Shown: positions 59,314 through 64,000 of the stretch, piece after piece
How positions within the stretch are numbered: position 1 is the first letter of the stretch
How the letters are laid out: each line of letters opens with the position of its first letter
From: Thermofilaceae archaeon
GTDB lineage: Archaea; Thermoproteota; Thermoprotei; Thermofilales; Thermofilaceae
Reading direction: 5' to 3'
Length of the DNA stretch: 64,000 nt
Assembly (NCBI GenBank): GCA_038861545.1
Contig: JAWCCZ010000006.1
Coordinates: 1 to 64,000, forward strand
Program-made: the position numbers and the translations under genes
Notes under the pieces: generated by a model
Told to the model about the DNA's origin: nothing
Databases searched by the model: none
Seen by the model: the letters and a program-made list of their open reading frames with translations, nothing else

Positions 59314-60025
59314 CATACCTACTATGGGTCATAAACTCGGGCTCGAAAAGCTGACACTGCTAACCGTGTTCATGCTCATTTCGTGTGTAGCGGCGCAGCC
59401 GGTGGCGTTAACCAGCGGAGATACCCCCTTAAGCGGGGCAATAGTGGATGTGGAGAAGCTTGATGGCACTAGATTAAGGCTCACCGCTGGACCCGATGGG
59501 ACAGTGACTGTGATGGAGGTTCCGCTAGGGATCCTGAAGGTTAAGGTAGTTAGCTGGAAGAACGTTCCCGTAAACTATGAGTGTGTAACCACCCCCGAAA
59601 ATAGGACCATCACCGTCAAGGGTATAAACCGCGTTGTAGTAACTGTAACTGGGTCTAGGGGTCAGGGGTTGCCCGGAGCTCTCGTGAAAGTATTTTACGG
59701 GGGCTTAGAAGTGGAATCCGGGTTGACCGACGATTCAGGGGTTTACCGAACCTTGCTCCCCTCCGCAAGCTATGTAATAAGAGTTGAGTACAATGGGGCA
59801 GCTACAGAGAGGAGCGTGGAATTGAGAGACTATCTTGAAGTAAAAATCCCATTGGATGTATTCACTGTTATAGGGAACTACCCTATTTCATCGAGCGAAT
59901 TCATGGGGATTATGGCCTTTGTAATAACGCTTGTATTTACGATCTTCGTCATAGCCTACGAGTACGTACAGTGGCGGAAGAGGAAAACAATTAGCGCCGT
60001 AGTTAAGGCAGGTGAGGTTAGATAG
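59306..60025 (+). CDS. Membrane-anchored protein with carboxypeptidase-regulatory-like beta domains
   Basis: Signal peptide; PLSGAIV and GLPGALV..TDDSG..Y repeats; C-terminal TM + RKRK. Start may be ATG 59324. Confidence 0.75.
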   Translation: MFDIPTMGHKLGLEKLTLLTVFMLISCVAAQPVALTSGDTPLSGAIVDVEKLDGTRLRLTAGPDGTVTVMEVPLGILKVKVVSWKNVPVNYECVTTPENRTITVKGINRVVVTVTGSRGQGLPGALVKVFYGGLEVESGLTDDSGVYRTLLPSASYVIRVEYNGAATERSVELRDYLEVKIPLDVFTVIGNYPISSSEFMGIMAFVITLVFTIFVIAYEYVQWRKRKTISAVVKAGEVR

Positions 60026-60038
60026 ATTTCCTAGCTAA

Positions 60039-60647
60039 CTATGATTCCCTCGTTAGCCTAACCGTTTGAAGCCTCCTCTCCACTTGGCTGGCTATCAATT
60101 TAGCTGGGATAAAGGAGAACAGCGTGTGGATACAGTTATAAGTAGTCACTAGAACCAGAGTTAGCACAATTACGTCTGTCCACTCGCTAACTCCTATGCC
60201 AGCGGCGTTCAGCAAAAACTTTGAGTAATCAAGCCAGCTCGGGAAAAGGAAGCTTAGCAAGATGTAATTGGCGAGGGCCATAATGAAAGACCTTAAACCC
60301 ATACCTAGGAGAAGAGCTAGCCAAAGTTTAGTGGATTTAGAGCGTAAACCCCAGTGCATACCGAATAGCATAGATAAAACCGCCGTGAACTTCATGGTCG
60401 GTCCTAGGGGGTCACCCCCTCTCGAGAGTAGACCGAAGTAGTGTAATAGTGCGCAAAAGTAACTCCATTTCGGGGCAACCAGCATAAAGGTTAGTAGTGA
60501 GGGAATCTCTGCAAAGTCGAGCTTGAGGAACGTCAAGGGATAAAAGGGTAACTCTACTCTTAGCGATGAGATAATCAACGCCGATGCGGACATGAGTGCG
60601 GTGAATGCTATTGCTTGACTTTTACGAGGTTGCGTGTCCACTGGCAC
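60039..60647 (-). CDS. ECF transporter S-component (RibU-like)
   Basis: FLKLDFAEIP, LRSFIMALANY, TYN; substrate not assignable. Confidence 0.8.
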   Translation of the reverse strand: MPVDTQPRKSQAIAFTALMSASALIISSLRVELPFYPLTFLKLDFAEIPSLLTFMLVAPKWSYFCALLHYFGLLSRGGDPLGPTMKFTAVLSMLFGMHWGLRSKSTKLWLALLLGMGLRSFIMALANYILLSFLFPSWLDYSKFLLNAAGIGVSEWTDVIVLTLVLVTTYNCIHTLFSFIPAKLIASQVERRLQTVRLTRES

Positions 60648-61211
60648 ACCAATTGAAACATCGGCTTAAAGGTTACGTCAAAAAAGCTTAACTCTTTAAA
60701 CTTTTTGTCCCTTCAAGCCCAACGGCATTATCAAGTAATCTATCGCCTACTCGGGTTAGGAACAAATTGATGCTGGCTTCTTGGTTCCATCTAGCTCTTT
60801 ACTCAATTCACGTGGCTCCGGGGCTCTGTGGTAAGTCTGAGATCACCTACTTTCAACGGTAAACCGAGAGAGCTGGCAAGCCCGAGTACATGGCTCTGAT
60901 TTTCGGTCTAATATAATCTCGTAAAGCATTGGGCTTCCGCCCGAAAATGCTAAACTTAGTTCTCTATATTAAGCGTAAGCTTCGCAAACTAATCGAGCAA
61001 GTGGATAAACTTTAGAGATCAGCTGCATGCATTTGAGCCAGACTTTTCGCGCCCACTAGGCGTGGATTACGATGGAAGTACTCCTCCATAGTCCCCCTTA
61101 AACCTGTTTTTCCTTTTCCAAGCAAGTTAACAGTTCCACCGTGGCTAGCGAGTGTCTGCAAAGAGTGTGGAAGGCTTGGCAAAGAATACGTGGTAGAGCG
61201 TTCAGCTAACG

Positions 61212-62015
61212 TTACTGGATGGATTTACTGCGCGCTATCATTTTAGCAACTTCTTCCGGTGTAGGGGCGCAGTCCTCTAGCCTAGAAGCCAGTACCTGAA
61301 GTTGAGTTGGTACGAAACCGTGCCCGGTTAAGAATTTAATGTCTCTCAACACCTCTCTAGAGGGGCCGTCACGCACTACAGATCCGTTTTCGAGGGCTAC
61401 GATTCTTTTAGTGAAACGGGCGAGGAGGTCTGTATCGTGAGATACGACAATGATGGAGTTTCCCTGCCTATTCAGCTTTATAAGCGTGTTGAATAGCGCT
61501 GCGCACCTTGCATAGTCTAAACCAGTTGTCGGCTCGTCTAGTATAATAACCTCAGGCTCTAAGGCTAGAACGCACGCTATTGCAAGCCTATGCTTTTCGC
61601 CGAAGCTAAGCGCATGCGGCGAGGATTCTAGCGGTTTATTAAGATCAACGTTTTTGAGTGCGCGTAACACTCTCTCCTCTACCTCTTTTTTCTCATATCC
61701 GAAGTTCCTCAAAGCAAAAGCTACCTCATCATAGATCGTGGAGGAGAAGAGCATCATATCAGGGTTCTGGAATATATAGCCGACTTTCCTGGCCAGCTCT
61801 GAGACTGAGATGTCTCTAGTATCGAGACCGTCTACGAGCACTCTTCCTTTAGTGGGTTTAAGTATTCCCGCAGCGAGCTTAACTAAGGTGGTTTTACCAG
61901 CGCCACTGTGGCCTATTATTCCGATGCTCTCCCCCCTCCCGACTTTCAACGTGACTCCCTTTACTGCTGTTGGGCCACCCGGGTAAGTATAGCTTACATT
62001 CTCGATTTCTATCAT
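61212..62015 (-). CDS. ECF transporter ATPase
   Basis: GHSGAGKTT, FQNP, LSFGEK, DEPTTGLD. Confidence 0.93.
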   Translation of the reverse strand: MIEIENVSYTYPGGPTAVKGVTLKVGRGESIGIIGHSGAGKTTLVKLAAGILKPTKGRVLVDGLDTRDISVSELARKVGYIFQNPDMMLFSSTIYDEVAFALRNFGYEKKEVEERVLRALKNVDLNKPLESSPHALSFGEKHRLAIACVLALEPEVIILDEPTTGLDYARCAALFNTLIKLNRQGNSIIVVSHDTDLLARFTKRIVALENGSVVRDGPSREVLRDIKFLTGHGFVPTQLQVLASRLEDCAPTPEEVAKMIARSKSIQ

Positions 62016-62851
62016 AGGCCATACACCCGTAATGCATCGTTTAATCGCACTGGAATGGGCGTCTTTATCCCGGCTCTCCTTAACTCATAAGCTACTTCAC
62101 TGGCTCCAGGAGGTCTTACACCATACTTCTCAATTTCCTCAACTCTACTGAAAAGTTCCTCCGGTTCTCCCTCCAACACTATGCTACCCTCATGCATGAC
62201 CGAGATACGGTCTGCGACTTCAACCGCCCACTCAACCTTATGTTCAGCTGCTACTATCGTTAAACCGTGCTCTCTCTTCAGGAGGGATACCGTGTCCAAC
62301 ACTAGCTGGGTTCCTCTATGATCTAGCATTGAGGTTGGTTCGTCCAGAAGCAGTACTTTAGGTCTCATCGTTAAAACGCTAGCTATAGCTAACAGTTGCT
62401 TTTCCCCTCCGGAGAGAGATTGCGGGTTCTTAGTCAGATACCTGCTTAAATCTAACGCGTTAACAACCCATTCAACTCTTTCGATAACCTCATCTTTAGG
62501 TAACCCTATGTTTTCTGGTATCATTGAGAGTTCTTCGTAAACTGACTGGGCTATAACTTGCATCTCCGGGTTTTGAAACACGATACCTACTTGGCCTATC
62601 AACCCCTTATATCCATCTTCAACAACATTGATACCCTCAACCAAGATTTCGCCTTTCACTACTCCTGGTATAACCCATGGAAGTAAACCGGCCACAACGT
62701 AAAGTAATGTGCTCTTACCGCAACCACTTGGTCCCATTAACACTAACATTTCGCCTTTCCTAACTCCCAATGTAATATTTCTCAATATCCAGTCTGCAGA
62801 TATAGCGTACCTAGCATGTAAGTTTTTCAAGTGTACGGAAATATCCCCCAT
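62012..62851 (-). CDS. ECF transporter ATPase
   Basis: GPSGCGKST, FQNP, LSGGEKQ, DEPTSMLD. Confidence 0.93.
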   Translation of the reverse strand: MGDISVHLKNLHARYAISADWILRNITLGVRKGEMLVLMGPSGCGKSTLLYVVAGLLPWVIPGVVKGEILVEGINVVEDGYKGLIGQVGIVFQNPEMQVIAQSVYEELSMIPENIGLPKDEVIERVEWVVNALDLSRYLTKNPQSLSGGEKQLLAIASVLTMRPKVLLLDEPTSMLDHRGTQLVLDTVSLLKREHGLTIVAAEHKVEWAVEVADRISVMHEGSIVLEGEPEELFSRVEEIEKYGVRPPGASEVAYELRRAGIKTPIPVRLNDALRVYGL

Positions 62852-63612
62852 AGAGCCACACCTCCATAGAAAAGTATCGAGAAGATCAGAAAAATACTAT
62901 CTCTTTTAGTCCATTTAGGTTCAAAAACATATGTCCTTTTCCCATAACCGGCATACCTTGAAGCGAGTACCATACCGAGATCCCATATATCGCTGAGAAG
63001 CCTAGCTATGAGGGGAACGATTACTGGAACATGTTTCCTGAGACGTTCTAGTGGTCCACCCCTATCTAATGCTAAACCACGGGTTTTCTGAACTTCAATC
63101 ACTTCTCTAGTGGATTTGACTATAGATGGAAGCATGCTTAAGGAGATGGTAAAGGCTAAGGAAAGTTTGTGTGGCAACCTCAGCTTATCTAGGACCCACA
63201 TCACATGGTACGGCTTCGTTGAAGTGAAGAATACGGCGAATGCAAGCACAGGGCAGATTATAAGGAAAAACTTGCCTATAGCAACTGAGACCCCTATATC
63301 TGTGAGTTGAAGTATACCTACTTCAAAGATGACTTTACCGTGCGAGCTGTACATGCCAGCCCATACCAAAGTAACAGCAATCAAAAATGCTAACATGTTG
63401 AATATTAGAAGCGCGGCGAATCCTGCGCCAATTCCAGAGAGCGCGAGGGCTACAACAGCGGATATGAAAACAGGTGTTCCTTTAATACCGTTAAACTGTG
63501 TCGCCATCGAAGCCACCAGTACCAGAAAGGTCCAGAGAAGCTTAGCCCTTGGATCAAGCCTATGGAAAAAAGTATCTTTAGAGACGTATAAACCTGTAAG
63601 CACTTCAACCAC
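62827..63612 (-). CDS. ecfT: ECF transporter T component
   Basis: HRLDPRAK, QKTRG and LASR coupling motifs. Confidence 0.9.
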   Translation of the reverse strand: MVEVLTGLYVSKDTFFHRLDPRAKLLWTFLVLVASMATQFNGIKGTPVFISAVVALALSGIGAGFAALLIFNMLAFLIAVTLVWAGMYSSHGKVIFEVGILQLTDIGVSVAIGKFFLIICPVLAFAVFFTSTKPYHVMWVLDKLRLPHKLSLAFTISLSMLPSIVKSTREVIEVQKTRGLALDRGGPLERLRKHVPVIVPLIARLLSDIWDLGMVLASRYAGYGKRTYVFEPKWTKRDSIFLIFSILFYGGVALWGIFPYT

Positions 63613-63646
63613 CGGATGGTAAAAAATAAACTTAGCTAACTTTAGC

Positions 63647-64000
63647 TTAGAGTGGCCTTACCCTATCTCTCCAGTATAACCCCCTGCCTTTAACCATGGG
63701 GAACAACACTCTTCCAAGTAATGGTGAGAGTACTGCGTTAACAGTAACATTGTTTAGAAGTATTGTCGGTGCTATTATTCCCCAGGTAACGAAAAGCGGT
63801 AAACCCACTATGCTTTCAGCGAAGTCTAACCACCAGCAGATATAAATCGCGCTGTAAAAAGCTTGGACAATTACGCCCCACAGGTAGAATTCACCTATCG
63901 AAGAGGCGCTTGCAAAGCTATGATCTCTAACCATTTTATAGGGCAGATAAGCGATGAGGAAGTTACCGATGAAACCACCAAATGAGCCTATACCGAAGAA
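63647..64000 (-). CDS. ECF S-component-like protein (QueT-like), 5'-truncated
   Basis: Frame open to the window end: FFGIGSFGGFIGNFLIAYLPYKMVRD..; lies directly upstream of ecfT. Confidence 0.7.
   Translation of the reverse strand, partial: FFGIGSFGGFIGNFLIAYLPYKMVRDHSFASASSIGEFYLWGVIVQAFYSAIYICWWLDFAESIVGLPLFVTWGIIAPTILLNNVTVNAVLSPLLGRVLFPMVKGRGLYWRDRVRPL

Noticed and set aside
60648-61211. 560-bp intergenic gap between S component and ECF ATPase
   Set aside because: No riboswitch, repeat or protein remnant recognised; an Rfam/TBLASTN search would be needed.
115-63622. Numerous 60-140 aa ORFs antisense to or nested in long genes
   Set aside because: Shadow ORFs of well-supported CDSs with no motifs of their own.

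Overview
Archaeal chromosomal segment, most likely Thermoproteota and Thermofilum-like (inferred from archaeal-type LeuRS, class III signal-peptide pilins, TATA boxes about 25 nt before GTG/TTG/ATG starts, and AGG/AGA/ATA-rich codons; not verified by search). In order: (1) 1-4350, the probable edge of a defence island: a 5'-truncated SNF2 helicase with a DUF3883-like C-terminus, a beta-CASP nuclease pseudogene and an unannotated PEP-carboxykinase fragment; (2) 5.2-14.8 kb, a type IV pilus locus with TackOD1-like and ACT-V4R proteins, interleaved with hypC, tmk and an M42 peptidase; (3) housekeeping and transport genes (hypD, amino-acid ABC transporter, galT, UbiA-family, leuS, Thg1-like); (4) 26-58 kb, rich in putative sugar-processing enzymes (4 Gfo/Idh/MocA, 2 xylose-isomerase-like barrels, 2 URO-D-family, SDR, AKR, PTE-like) plus a decayed vapBC pair and two candidate box C/D sRNAs; (5) ECF transporter genes at the right end. 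The best candidate for an uncharacterised system is the four-gene envelope module at 33.4-43.7 kb: a repeat-containing surface protein, two OPT-like membrane paralogues, and a 1540-aa fusion of a metal-site-degenerate M28 (nicalin-like) ectodomain to a MacB/FtsX permease, with no ATPase in the locus. No tRNA, rRNA, CRISPR array or transposase was seen. All family calls are from motif recognition by eye.
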